Shown here piece after piece: positions 51,636 through 60,967 of a stretch of 64,000 nucleotides of DNA; within the stretch, counting starts at the first letter, position 1, and each line of letters opens with the position of its first letter. This DNA is from Vulcanimicrobiota bacterium. GTDB lineage: Bacteria > Vulcanimicrobiota > Vulcanimicrobiia > Vulcanimicrobiales > Vulcanimicrobiaceae. The notes under the pieces were generated by a model. That model did not search any database. It saw nothing but the letters and a program-made list of their open reading frames with translations, and was not told where the DNA came from. The position numbers were made by a program, and so were the translations under genes. The stretch spans positions 2,964 to 66,963 of the forward strand of contig PLAE01000249.1 of the NCBI GenBank assembly GCA_003134035.1, in the 5' to 3' direction.

Positions 51636-53277
51636 CGACGTCGAAGCCGTCAAGGCGAATAGCCAAGGGCTGCGCGGCCCAATCCCGGACGAATTGCAGG
51701 CGCCCACCGACCATTTCGGTGATGAATCGTCGTTACTGCTGAAGTTTCACGGGGTCTATCAGCAAGACGACCGCGATGCGCGAAAGACGATGCGCGAGCG
51801 GGGCGCAGGCCGAGATTTCTCGTTCATGGTGCGGACCAAGAATCCGGGCGGTTTTCTACCGGCGGCCTTCTATTTGGCAATCGATCGGCTCGCCGACGAG
51901 TACGGCAACGGAACGATCCGGGTAACGACGCGCGCCGGTCTGCAGTTGCACGGCGTCCGCAAATCGAATTTGCACGAGGTCATCGCCCAAATCAATGCCC
52001 ACCTAGGTTCGACGCTGGGCGCCTGCGGCGACATCAACCGCAACGTGACGGCCGCGCCGTTTCCGTTCGCTGCGCCGGAGTATGCGGCCGCGCGGACCGC
52101 GGCGGTGGAGATCGCCGAGCTGCTGACCCCACGCGCCACCGCGTACTATGAGATTTGGCAAGACGGGGAAGTCGTGCACTCGACCGAGGCGGCCGAAGAT
52201 CCGATTTACGGCAAAGCGTTTCTGCCGCGCAAGTTCAAGATCGCCGTCGCCGTGCCGGGCGACAACAGCGTCGATCTCTACACGAACGATTTGGGCGTCG
52301 TCCCGCTCGTCGACGACGCGGGCACGCTGCTCGGCTTCAATCTCACCGTCGGCGGCGGCTTGGGCAATACCCACGGCAAAACCGCGACTTATCCGCGGCT
52401 GGCCGATGAATTCGGCTTTGTGCCGCCGGCGCTGCTGCTCGATGCGGTGAAGGCGATCGTCCTCGTCCAGCGCGATCACGGCGATCGAACCAATCGCCGC
52501 CACGCGCGGCTCAAGTATCTGATCGCCGATCGCGGCCTGGCCTGGTTCCGCGCGCAGGTCGAGGCCCAAGCCGGCTTTTCGCTCGAGGCCTGGCGCCCGC
52601 TGCAGGCCTGGACCGCGCCGCAGTTCCTGGGTTGGAACGCCGCCGGCGACGGCACCTGGTTTTACGGCGTCTCGATCGCGAACGGCCGCGTGCGCGACGG
52701 GCTCAAGGCGGCGCTGCGCGACATCGTCGCCGAACTCGGCTGCGATCTCATCGCCACACCCGATCAAAACATCGTCATCGGCGGCATCGCGCCGGCCCTG
52801 CGGCCACGGATCGACGCGATCTTCGCCGCGCACGGCGTGGCCGATCCGCAAATGATCTCGGTGCGCGAAAAAGTCGCCATGGCGTGTCCCGCGCTGCCGA
52901 CGTGCGGCCTCGCGCTGGCCGAGTCCGAACGCGTGCTGCCCAAGCTCGTGGCCGAGATCGATGCGCTGCTCGAGCGGCTGGGCGTCGGCGACCCGGTCAC
53001 GATCCGAATGACCGGCTGTCCCAACGGCTGCGCACGGCCGTACATGGGCGAGATCGGGATCGTCGGCGTCAGCGCCGATCGCTACACGCTTTACCTTGGC
53101 GGTAATCCCGCCTCGACCCGGCTCAACCAAGTCTTCGCCGAAGGCGTGCGCACCGCAGAAATCGCCGGAGTGCTGGCGCCGCTCTTCGAACGCTGGTCCC
53201 GCGAGCGCGCGGCCGGCGAGCCGTTCGGCGACTTCTGCGTGCGCGCCGTCCTCGATCGCGAGAAAGTCGCATCCTAG
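51625..53277 (+). CDS. sir: Sulfite reductase hemoprotein (ferredoxin-dependent NirA/Sir type)
   Basis: ATG 51625 (MSKLDVEAVK). 'LKFHGVYQQDDRD', 'ACGDINRNV' and 'MTGCPNGCARP' (siroheme/4Fe-4S Cys cluster) are present. Confidence 0.88.
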   Translation: MSKLDVEAVKANSQGLRGPIPDELQAPTDHFGDESSLLLKFHGVYQQDDRDARKTMRERGAGRDFSFMVRTKNPGGFLPAAFYLAIDRLADEYGNGTIRVTTRAGLQLHGVRKSNLHEVIAQINAHLGSTLGACGDINRNVTAAPFPFAAPEYAAARTAAVEIAELLTPRATAYYEIWQDGEVVHSTEAAEDPIYGKAFLPRKFKIAVAVPGDNSVDLYTNDLGVVPLVDDAGTLLGFNLTVGGGLGNTHGKTATYPRLADEFGFVPPALLLDAVKAIVLVQRDHGDRTNRRHARLKYLIADRGLAWFRAQVEAQAGFSLEAWRPLQAWTAPQFLGWNAAGDGTWFYGVSIANGRVRDGLKAALRDIVAELGCDLIATPDQNIVIGGIAPALRPRIDAIFAAHGVADPQMISVREKVAMACPALPTCGLALAESERVLPKLVAEIDALLERLGVGDPVTIRMTGCPNGCARPYMGEIGIVGVSADRYTLYLGGNPASTRLNQVFAEGVRTAEIAGVLAPLFERWSRERAAGEPFGDFCVRAVLDREKVAS

Positions 53278-53278
53278 A

Positions 53279-53297
53279 GGACCGACGAAGTCGGTCC
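53279..53297. repeat. Hairpin module related to the double-hairpin repeat (partial copy D)
   Basis: GGACCGAC-GAA-GTCGGTCC has the same stem/GAA-loop design as hairpin 2 of copies A-C. It lies between the convergent sir and yqhA 3' ends. Confidence 0.5.
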
Positions 53298-53315
53298 GCG
53301 CAGCGGCGCGTGCAT

Positions 53316-53849
53316 TTAGTCGCCCGCTTTCGGGGTCGTCTTCTCTTTGGTGAGGTAGAGCGAAACGGCGATGAGCGCGATGCCGATCGCGAGGTAGAGC
53401 AAGTCGAGGGGCGCGCCGATCTCCGCTTCGAGCGCGTACTCGAAATAGCGCACGATCAAAATCAGAAACACGACCTTGGCCAGGCGTTCCTTGAGGTCGT
53501 CGAGGCTGCGGATGATCAGCACGCGCGGGGCGGTCGTCGAGTCCTCGATCTCATCGATCCTGCTGATGAAGAGTTCGTACAAGCCCAGTGCGAAGATGAT
53601 GAGAATCGTCGCGAATAAATAGCCGTCGACGATCTCGGCGACGTTGGCGACGATTTTGAGGTGCAAGTGCTCGCGCGCGGCGGTTTCCAGCGCCGCATAC
53701 GTGAAGACGTCGCGCACGAGATACACGACGTCGGCCGTCGCGACGTAGAACATCACGAGCGCCGCGATCAAGCTCGCGATGACCGCCGTGAGCGTGAACA
53801 AGCGGCTGTTCCAGAGCACCCGCTCGAAGAATCGTTCGAGCACCTTCAT
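53316..53849 (-). CDS. YqhA family (UPF0114) membrane protein
   Basis: 'FERVLWNSRL' N-terminus, 4 TM segments and family-typical length. Confidence 0.8.
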   Translation of the reverse strand: MKVLERFFERVLWNSRLFTLTAVIASLIAALVMFYVATADVVYLVRDVFTYAALETAAREHLHLKIVANVAEIVDGYLFATILIIFALGLYELFISRIDEIEDSTTAPRVLIIRSLDDLKERLAKVVFLILIVRYFEYALEAEIGAPLDLLYLAIGIALIAVSLYLTKEKTTPKAGD

Positions 53850-53879
53850 GCCGTACGCGTTCCGCGAGCGCCACGGCTG

Positions 53880-54443
53880 CTACTGCTTGAGAATCGCGGT
53901 GACACGATCGTGCAGCAGCGCGAGCGGCAGCGGTTCGGCGACGTTCGCGCTGGGTGGACGCAACTCGCGCTGCAGCCACAACACGTCGTGCCAAGCGCCA
54001 AACTTGTAGCCGGCGTTGAAGTACACACCGACGAGATCGAACCCGATCGCCCGGTGCAGCGCCACACTCGGTGCGTTGGGCAGCGTCACGCCGGCGAACG
54101 CGTTGTAGTAGCCCTGTTCGATCAGCAGTCCCAGCAGCGCGCCGTAGAGACGGCGCCCGATTCCGCCGCGGCGCGCACGTTCGGCGACGTACACCGAAAC
54201 GTCGACCGACCAGCGATACGCCGCCCGCGCGCGGTGCGCGCCGGCGTAGGCGTAGCCAGCGATCCCCCCATCGTCGGCGACCAGCCACGGCCAGCGTCCG
54301 GCATCGGCCAGGATGCGCCGCGCCATTTCAGCGGCGTCCGGAACCTCGACTTCAAACGAGATCGAAGTGCCTGCGACGAGCGGCGCATAGATCGCCGCGA
54401 TACCGGCGGCGTCGCCCGGGAGCGCGACGCGCAACTCGATCAC
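53880..54443 (-). CDS. GNAT N-acetyltransferase (phosphinothricin/MSO acetyltransferase-like)
   Basis: 'AIYAPLVAGTSISFE' and 'RRGGIGRRLYGALL' are present. GTG 54443 overlaps the upstream stop (GTGA). Confidence 0.8.
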   Translation of the reverse strand: MIELRVALPGDAAGIAAIYAPLVAGTSISFEVEVPDAAEMARRILADAGRWPWLVADDGGIAGYAYAGAHRARAAYRWSVDVSVYVAERARRGGIGRRLYGALLGLLIEQGYYNAFAGVTLPNAPSVALHRAIGFDLVGVYFNAGYKFGAWHDVLWLQRELRPPSANVAEPLPLALLHDRVTAILKQ

Positions 54444-55453
54444 GGGCCGATGCGCGTCCGATAGCCGATGACCGGCAGCAAACCGACGTTGCGATCCGAG
54501 AGGCCGCCGCCGACCGCCGCGTAGCGCGCGGTATAGTTCACGTAGCGCAGTCCGAGCAGAAATTCGCCGCGGCGGCCAGCGGGTCGAACGAAGCGGATCG
54601 CCGTGTCGACTTGATCGGCGCGCTCTGGGTTGGCGCGGCCCGCAAAGAACCCGAGGTCGTAGAGCGTATACTGCGTTCCCAGCATCACCGGCGTGAAGTC
54701 GAAGACGGCCTCGAAGCGGCCGCGCCGAAACGGGACGCCGTAACCGGCCTCATAGGTGAGCCCGGTAACGCGCGAAAATTGGGTCTCACCGGTGCCCGCG
54801 ATCTCGATCGCGTTGGCGTAGTGCGTGCCCTGATTGTAGAGCGTCTGTCCGATGCCCGCGCTGAAGCGATGCAGCGGATCCCAGATCCGCAAGACGCCCT
54901 CGAAGATCGAGAGCCGGGTCGACGTGTGGCCTTGAATCGCGTCCTGGTACGGCACTGACGCGACTGGCGGCAAGCCGCTCAAGGCGAGTTCGAAGGGACC
55001 GTAGCGCGCGCGGGCTTCGATCAGCGGAATCGGCACGGGCGGCACGTGAACGCGGTCGTTGAAACTCTCATGGATCCCGCCGATGATCGGGTTGAGCGTG
55101 AGGCCGACGTCGGCCGACACGGTTTCGGCGCGGGCCGTCGCGCACGTGCCCAGTCCCGCGGCTAGGATTCCAAGCACGAGCGCCGGCGTTGGTCGCGGGC
55201 GCTTGGGCGGCCGTTCATCGGCCGCGCACACCGTGAGCGCCTTGCCGTTGACCGCGAATCCGCCCAAGAGCGCGATGGCTTCGCGTGCTTGCCCGGCATC
55301 GACGATCTCGACGTACGCGAAGCCCTTGCGGCGCCGTGTGCGGCGGTCGCGCGGCAGGACGACCCCCGCGTCGTCGGCGCCGAACCGCTCAAAGAGCCGG
55401 ACGACATCGTCCTTGGTTGCGGTCGGCGGCAGTCCGCCTACGAATAAGCGCAT
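54440..55453 (-). CDS. RRM (RNA-recognition motif) domain fused to a hydrophobic segment and a beta-rich C-terminal domain
   Basis: RNP-2 'LFVGGL' and RNP-1 'KGFAYVEI' lie in residues 1-80. A basic/Pro linker, 'ALVLGILAAGLGTCATARA' and about 230 beta-rich residues follow. Confidence 0.7.
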   Translation of the reverse strand: MRLFVGGLPPTATKDDVVRLFERFGADDAGVVLPRDRRTRRRKGFAYVEIVDAGQAREAIALLGGFAVNGKALTVCAADERPPKRPRPTPALVLGILAAGLGTCATARAETVSADVGLTLNPIIGGIHESFNDRVHVPPVPIPLIEARARYGPFELALSGLPPVASVPYQDAIQGHTSTRLSIFEGVLRIWDPLHRFSAGIGQTLYNQGTHYANAIEIAGTGETQFSRVTGLTYEAGYGVPFRRGRFEAVFDFTPVMLGTQYTLYDLGFFAGRANPERADQVDTAIRFVRPAGRRGEFLLGLRYVNYTARYAAVGGGLSDRNVGLLPVIGYRTRIGP

Positions 55454-55549
55454 CGCGTTGACCTCATGGGCTGCAGGGGTGCCGGCCCCCTGTCGACGGG
55501 CGGATCTTCGGCTTTTTCGCCCGCGCGCCGTCGTCGCTGGGCGACGCGA

Positions 55550-56674
55550 TTACCGGGCAACGCCCGCCGACCGGGCATGCCCCGCCGTGACGCCGTCGCG
55601 GAACGCCGCCCACGTGCCGTTTTCAATCGCGTTCCGCGCTTCGCGCATGAGCGCGTTGAGCACATAGACGTTGTGATACGAGAGCAAGCGCATTCCGAGC
55701 AGCTCTTTGGAGCGGAACAGATGCGCGAGATACGCGCGCGTGAACGTGGCACAGACCTCGCAGGCGCAGTTCGCGTCGAGCGGCGTGAAGTCGCGCGTGT
55801 AGGCGGCATTGCGCAAGTTGAATTCGCCGCCGCGCGTGAGCGCTCGACCGTGACGGCCCGAGCGCGTCGGGTACACGCAGTCGAACATGTCGATTCCGCA
55901 CTCGATGCCGTCGATGAGGTCGCGCACGGTTCCGACGCCCATGAGATAGCGCGGCCGCTCGGGCGGCAGCAGGCCGGCGCAAAAGCCCGCCATGTGCACC
56001 ATCTCCGCGCGTGTTTCGCCGACCGAGAGACCGCCGATGGCGTAGCCGCTGAGGTCGAGTTCGACGAGTTCCGCCGCGCTGCGCGCCCGCGCCGCCTCGT
56101 CCAGACCGCCTTGCACGATCGCGAAGAGGGCGGTCGAGCCGCGCCGCCAGGCCGCCGCCGCGCGGCGCGCCCACAGGCTCGTGCGCCGTACCGCGTCGTC
56201 GACGGCGGCCGGCGACGCGGGTAGTTTGATGCACTCGTCGAGCACCATCGCGATATCGACGCCCAGATCTTCTTGAAAGCCGACGACGTTCTCGGGCGTG
56301 AAGCGGTGGGTGCTGCCGTCGATGTGCGAGCGGAACGTGACGCCGCCGTCGTCGAGCGTGCGCCGTGATTCCAAGCTAAAGACCTGAAAGCCGCCCGAAT
56401 CGGTGAGGATCGGCCGGTCCCAGGCCATGAAGCGATGCAGTCCGCCGGCTTCGACGATGATGTCGCGCCCGGGGCGCAGCCACAGATGATACGTATTGGC
56501 GAGAATGATCTGGGCGCCGGTTTCGCGCAGATCGCGCGGCGTCAGCCCCTTGACCGTCGCGCCCGTCCCGACCGGCATGAACGCCGGCGTTTCCAACCTC
56601 CCGTGGGCGAGCGCGAGGGCGCCGCGGCGCGCCGTCCCGCACGTTGCGCGCAGCTCGAAAGCGCTCGGCGTCAC
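55550..56674 (-). CDS. tgt: tRNA-guanine transglycosylase
   Basis: 'TPAFMPVGT', 'ILANTYHL', 'TDSGGFQV' and the Zn motif 'CxCxxC' ('CACEVC') are present. Confidence 0.92.
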   Translation of the reverse strand: MTPSAFELRATCGTARRGALALAHGRLETPAFMPVGTGATVKGLTPRDLRETGAQIILANTYHLWLRPGRDIIVEAGGLHRFMAWDRPILTDSGGFQVFSLESRRTLDDGGVTFRSHIDGSTHRFTPENVVGFQEDLGVDIAMVLDECIKLPASPAAVDDAVRRTSLWARRAAAAWRRGSTALFAIVQGGLDEAARARSAAELVELDLSGYAIGGLSVGETRAEMVHMAGFCAGLLPPERPRYLMGVGTVRDLIDGIECGIDMFDCVYPTRSGRHGRALTRGGEFNLRNAAYTRDFTPLDANCACEVCATFTRAYLAHLFRSKELLGMRLLSYHNVYVLNALMREARNAIENGTWAAFRDGVTAGHARSAGVAR

Positions 56675-57564
56675 CCGCGCAGAAACGCCAGTGCCGCGAG
56701 ATACGCCGGCGGCGGCTCGGCTTCAAAGGCCAGGTACTCTTTGGTCTGCGGATGTTTGAACGCGAGCTTCCAGGCGTGCAGGGCTTGACCCGGCAGCGCC
56801 AGCCGTGAGTCCGGCCGGCCGTACAGCGGGTCGTTGACGATCGGATGACCGAGTGCCGCCATGTGGACGCGGATTTGGTGCGTGCGGCCGGTCTCGAGCG
56901 CGAACGTCAATTCGGCGGCGTTCCGCAGCGCCTCGCGCACGGCGTAGTGCGTGGTCGACGGTTTGCCGTCGCTGCGAATGGTATAGCGCATGCGGTTGCG
57001 GATGTCGCGCCCCAGCGCCCCGCGCACGGTTCCCTGCGCATCGCGCGGCACGCCTTCCACCAAACCGCGATATTCGCGTTTGATGTAGCGCTTTTGCATC
57101 GCGCGGCCGAGCGTGGCGAGCGCCGTTTCGGTCTTCGCCGCGAGCAGCAGGCCCGAGGTGTCGCGATCGAGGCGATGAACGAGCCCGCCGCGGATCGCTT
57201 CGCCCGGCAGCGTGCCCAGCCGCGCGAGCAGCGCGTTGACCAGCGTGCCGTCGGGTGAGCCGTGCGCCGGGTGCGAAACGAGGCCGGCCGGCTTGTTGAC
57301 GACGATGATCGTGTCGTCCTCGTACACCACGTCGAGGGCGATCGCTTGCGGCTGAATCTCGTACGCCGCCGGCGGATCGATCGCGAAGCGCACCAGGTCG
57401 CCTGCTTCGAGGATGCGGCTGGGTTTGGCGACGGAGCCGTTGACGCTCACGTGGCCGTTCTTCATGGCACCCGCGACGTAGCTGCGCGAGAGCCCGGTCA
57501 GGCGCGTCACCAGCACGTCGGTGCGGGTACCGACGTCCGCGGCGGCGACGCGCAGTTCGCTCAC
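56671..57564 (-). CDS. rluD: 23S rRNA pseudouridine synthase, RluA/RluD family
   Basis: GTG 57564 overlaps the lspA stop (GTGA). An S4 domain, 'HRLDRDTSGLLL' and 'GRTHQIRVH' are present. Confidence 0.88.
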   Translation of the reverse strand: MSELRVAAADVGTRTDVLVTRLTGLSRSYVAGAMKNGHVSVNGSVAKPSRILEAGDLVRFAIDPPAAYEIQPQAIALDVVYEDDTIIVVNKPAGLVSHPAHGSPDGTLVNALLARLGTLPGEAIRGGLVHRLDRDTSGLLLAAKTETALATLGRAMQKRYIKREYRGLVEGVPRDAQGTVRGALGRDIRNRMRYTIRSDGKPSTTHYAVREALRNAAELTFALETGRTHQIRVHMAALGHPIVNDPLYGRPDSRLALPGQALHAWKLAFKHPQTKEYLAFEAEPPPAYLAALAFLRG

Positions 57565-58010
57565 GAGTGGCGCTCCTCGCGCCGCACCGACGCGATGATC
57601 AGCAAGAACACACCGATGGTGATGAAGGAGTCGGCGACGTTGAACACATTGGGCCAAATCGTTTTGAAGTCGATGAAGTCGACGACGAACTCGTGCTGCA
57701 GCCGATCGGCGATATTGCCCGCCGCGCCGCCGACGATCGCGCCGAACGCGATGCGCACGACCAGCGAGCGTTGGGCGGCGTCGCGAAAGGCGAACGCGAA
57801 GAGCGTCAGCACGGCGAGCGCCAAAATAATAAGTACCACGCGCGAGCTGCCGAACAAACCGAACGCGCCGTGGGTGTTCTGAATGTACGTCCACCACAGC
57901 AGGTGCGGGACGACGATCCGGCTTTCGCCGGGCAAGAATGACGTGATGACGATATGTTTGGTCAACCGGTCGAGGGCGAAAACAGCGAGCGCGACCAGCC
58001 AGAGTATCAC
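57561..58010 (-). CDS. lspA: Signal peptidase II
   Basis: GTG 58010 overlaps the ccdA stop (GTGA). 'LDRLTK', 'NTHGAFG' and 'GNIADR...VVDFIDF...NVADS' are present. Confidence 0.85.
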   Translation of the reverse strand: MILWLVALAVFALDRLTKHIVITSFLPGESRIVVPHLLWWTYIQNTHGAFGLFGSSRVVLIILALAVLTLFAFAFRDAAQRSLVVRIAFGAIVGGAAGNIADRLQHEFVVDFIDFKTIWPNVFNVADSFITIGVFLLIIASVRREERHS

Positions 58011-58732
58011 AGACTCGGCGGTTTCACGTACTGGTAGAAGAATCCGGCGATGCGCGTGAAGGAGCCGGTGATGAGCACAAGGCCCGTGGCGACGAGAAAC
58101 GCGCCGGCGCCGATTTCGACGGCGTTGAGATAGCGTTTGATGCCGTTGAGCAGCCCTAGCGCTTGGGTTATCGCAGCGGCCGTGAGCAGGAACGGGATCG
58201 CCAGCCCCATCGAGTAGACGAAGAGCAGAAAGGTCGCCGCGCCGATCTGTTCTTGCGCCGCGAGCAGGATGATCCCGGAGAGAATCGGCCCGATGCACGG
58301 CGACCAGCCCGCGGCGAAGCCCAGCCCGACCAAAAACGATGCGGCCAGCGAGCGGTTCGCGCTGCGCACTTGGAGCCGTTTGTCCATCGCCAGCAGCGGG
58401 ATCTTGAACACGCCGATCATGTTGAGCCCGAGCACGATGATGACGACGCCGCCGATGCGCGCGATCCAATCTTTGTAGTCGATGAAGACCGAACCGACGG
58501 CGCTCGCCGACAGCCCGATGAGCATGAACACGATGGTGAAGCCCGCGACGAAGGCCAGCGCGTGCAGCAGCACGCGGGTTCGCTGCGTGGCGTCGCGGTC
58601 GGCCTTGAGCTCCTCCAGACTCGAACCGGTGAGAAACGAGAGATAGGCCGGGATGAGGGGCAGCACGCAGGGCGAGATGAACGACAAGAGCCCGGCAAGG
58701 AAAGCGGTCGCGATATTGAGCTGGGGATGCAC
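58007..58732 (-). CDS. ccdA: Cytochrome c biogenesis thiol-disulfide transporter CcdA (DsbD-family)
   Basis: 'FISPCVLPLIPAYLS' and the second motif 'GWSPCIGPIL' are present, with 6 TM segments. Confidence 0.85.
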   Translation of the reverse strand: MHPQLNIATAFLAGLLSFISPCVLPLIPAYLSFLTGSSLEELKADRDATQRTRVLLHALAFVAGFTIVFMLIGLSASAVGSVFIDYKDWIARIGGVVIIVLGLNMIGVFKIPLLAMDKRLQVRSANRSLAASFLVGLGFAAGWSPCIGPILSGIILLAAQEQIGAATFLLFVYSMGLAIPFLLTAAAITQALGLLNGIKRYLNAVEIGAGAFLVATGLVLITGSFTRIAGFFYQYVKPPSL

Positions 58733-59036
58733 GGCTTTCCGAGTGTACGCCGCCGAGGCGGCGCGGCCTCGTGCGCCGGCCGCGAGCCCCCGCGGCTCCG
58801 ATGCCCGCCGGAACCGGTGAGAAAGCGGCCGAACGAGCTTTGGGGCGAAGGCTCAGCGCCGTTTGACGGGGGTTACGATCGCCGAGTCGCGCAGCGTGGC
58901 GAGCAATCGCGTGCCGTCAGCGCGGCTTCGCGCTTTCTTCCTAATCCCGAACGCGGCGGGCGTAGCCGGCCGAGCCGCGTCTCGGCGGGGTGCAGCCCGC
59001 GCGGAAGTCCGCCCGCATGCGGCGTAAGGGGCCACG

Positions 59037-59846
59037 GTGACCCACTGGTTTACCTACCCCAATATCGATCCGATCGCTTTCCGACTGGGTCCGATTGCCG
59101 TGCACTGGTACGGCTTATCCTACTTGTTCGGCTTCATCTGCGTGTTCTTGTGGATGAATCGCCCGGCCGGGCGCCGCCGCCTCGGCTTGACCACCGATGA
59201 GATCCAGGATTTTTTGGTGTACGCGCTCGTCGGCGTGCTGATCGGCGGCCGCATCGGGTTCGTCATCGCCGACATCATCACGCAGCACAATCTGGCCGAG
59301 TACCTCGCCCACCCGCTCAATTTTATCGCCGTGTGGCAAGGCGGCATGGCCTTTCACGGCGCGCTCATCGGCGTCATTTTGGCCATCTGGCTCTATCTGC
59401 GCAAGCATCCGGGGCTCAGCTTTAACGTGCTGGCCGACGAGGTCGTGGTGCTGCTGCCGATCGGCATCGCGACAACGCGCGTGGTCAACTTCATCAACGA
59501 CGAACTGCAAGGGAAGATTTGCGATCCCGACCGGCCGTACTGCATCGCGTTTCCCAACTACTCCGGTTACCGCTATCCGTCGCAGATCTTCGAGGGGATC
59601 CTCGACATCTTGGTGTTGCCGATCATCCTGCTGCTTTACCGCCGCCGGCCGGCCGACGGCGTCGTCGCGTGGACGTGGTTCACGCTCTACGGGGTCACGC
59701 GCTCCATCGCCGAGATTTGGCGCGAGCCCGGCTTTACGGTTGCCGGCCTCTCGGGCGGACAGCTCGCGGCGATCCCGCAAATTTTTATTGGCCTCGCTTT
59801 ATTAATCTGGGCCGTGCGTCGCGGGAAGCACACGTGGCCACGGTGA
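59037..59846 (+). CDS. lgt: Prolipoprotein diacylglyceryl transferase
   Basis: 'HWYGLSYL', 'GGRIGFV' and 'GGMAFHGALIG' are present. Start is GTG 59037. Confidence 0.9.
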   Translation: MTHWFTYPNIDPIAFRLGPIAVHWYGLSYLFGFICVFLWMNRPAGRRRLGLTTDEIQDFLVYALVGVLIGGRIGFVIADIITQHNLAEYLAHPLNFIAVWQGGMAFHGALIGVILAIWLYLRKHPGLSFNVLADEVVVLLPIGIATTRVVNFINDELQGKICDPDRPYCIAFPNYSGYRYPSQIFEGILDILVLPIILLLYRRRPADGVVAWTWFTLYGVTRSIAEIWREPGFTVAGLSGGQLAAIPQIFIGLALLIWAVRRGKHTWPR

Positions 59847-59849
59847 AAT

Positions 59850-60524
59850 ATGCCGGCCATGGACATTACCGCGTCCGTGGCCACACTGCGTGATCGGGTC
59901 GATCGAGTTACGACCGCCGCGCAGCGGGCACCGGGTTCGGTAACGATCCTCGGGGTCACCAAGACGGTGCCGCGTGAAACGGTCCTAGCCGCAATCGCTG
60001 CCGGATTGACCGACATCGGGGAAAACTACCTTCAGGAAGCGCGTTCCAAATACGTCGGGTTACCGCCGGTGCGGACGCATTTCATCGGGCACGTGCAAAC
60101 GAATAAAGCGAAAGCCATTACCGCACTTTTCGACGTCGTGCAAAGCGTCGATCGTCTCGAGTCCGGACTTGCGCTCGCTAAAGCCGCGCAAACCGCCGGG
60201 AAAGCGTTGCGCGCACTCGTGCAGATCAACATTTCGCCCGCGGAACGGTTCGGCATCGCGCCGGCGGAGGCGCCGGCTCTCGCGCGCCGGCTGCGTGATG
60301 AGGGGCTCGTCGTCGACGGCGTCATGGCGATCGGCCCGCTTGGGGGAAGCGTCGAGGATGCCTTCGCGCTGGCGGCTCAGACGTTTGCGGCAGTCGGCGG
60401 AGCGACGCTCTCACTCGGTATGTCTGGTGATTGGGAACGCGCGATCGCGCACGGGTCGACGATGATCCGGATCGGATCGGCCCTCTTCGGTCCGCGCCCG
60501 GCGCGGGAAGGTGCACTCGCATGA
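59850..60524 (+). CDS. yggS: YggS family pyridoxal-phosphate homeostasis protein
   Basis: 'ILGVTKT', 'IGENYLQE', 'HFIGHVQTNK' and 'LSLGMSGD' are present. Confidence 0.88.
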   Translation: MPAMDITASVATLRDRVDRVTTAAQRAPGSVTILGVTKTVPRETVLAAIAAGLTDIGENYLQEARSKYVGLPPVRTHFIGHVQTNKAKAITALFDVVQSVDRLESGLALAKAAQTAGKALRALVQINISPAERFGIAPAEAPALARRLRDEGLVVDGVMAIGPLGGSVEDAFALAAQTFAAVGGATLSLGMSGDWERAIAHGSTMIRIGSALFGPRPAREGALA

Positions 60525-60967
60525 GCATGTTCGTCAAACTGGGTTCTTGGTTCAAGATCCCCGATGAAGAGGACGAGGAATTCTACGATACCGAGCCGCC
60601 GGCCACCGGAAAGCGCAATGTGGTCCCGATCGGCGAGGGCGTGCGGCGGGCAGGCGGGTCGGTGTCGGTGTTTGCGCCGCGTAGCTTCGGCGACGTGACC
60701 GAAGTTGCCGACGCGCTTCGTTCGCGCCAGGTCTGTATCGTCAATCTGCAGGGCGCTGACCGAACGCTGCTGCAGCGGGTCGTCGACTTTACCTCCGGCG
60801 TCGCCTACACGATCGACGGCCGGATCCAGAAACTCGCCGATGCGATCTACTTGATCGTGCCGGCCGGCGTCAACGTCAGCTCGGACAATCTCAAAGAGCA
60901 AGTCGATACCGACGGGCTGGTCGATCTGGCGCCTAAACTGCACCCGACCGGGAGCCGTTTCGCATGA
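60521..60967 (+). CDS. sepF: Cell division protein SepF
   Basis: ATG 60521 overlaps the yggS stop (ATGA). 'VFAPRSFGDVTEVADALRSRQVCIVNL' and 'DFTSGVAYTIDG' are present. Confidence 0.85.
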   Translation: MSMFVKLGSWFKIPDEEDEEFYDTEPPATGKRNVVPIGEGVRRAGGSVSVFAPRSFGDVTEVADALRSRQVCIVNLQGADRTLLQRVVDFTSGVAYTIDGRIQKLADAIYLIVPAGVNVSSDNLKEQVDTDGLVDLAPKLHPTGSRFA

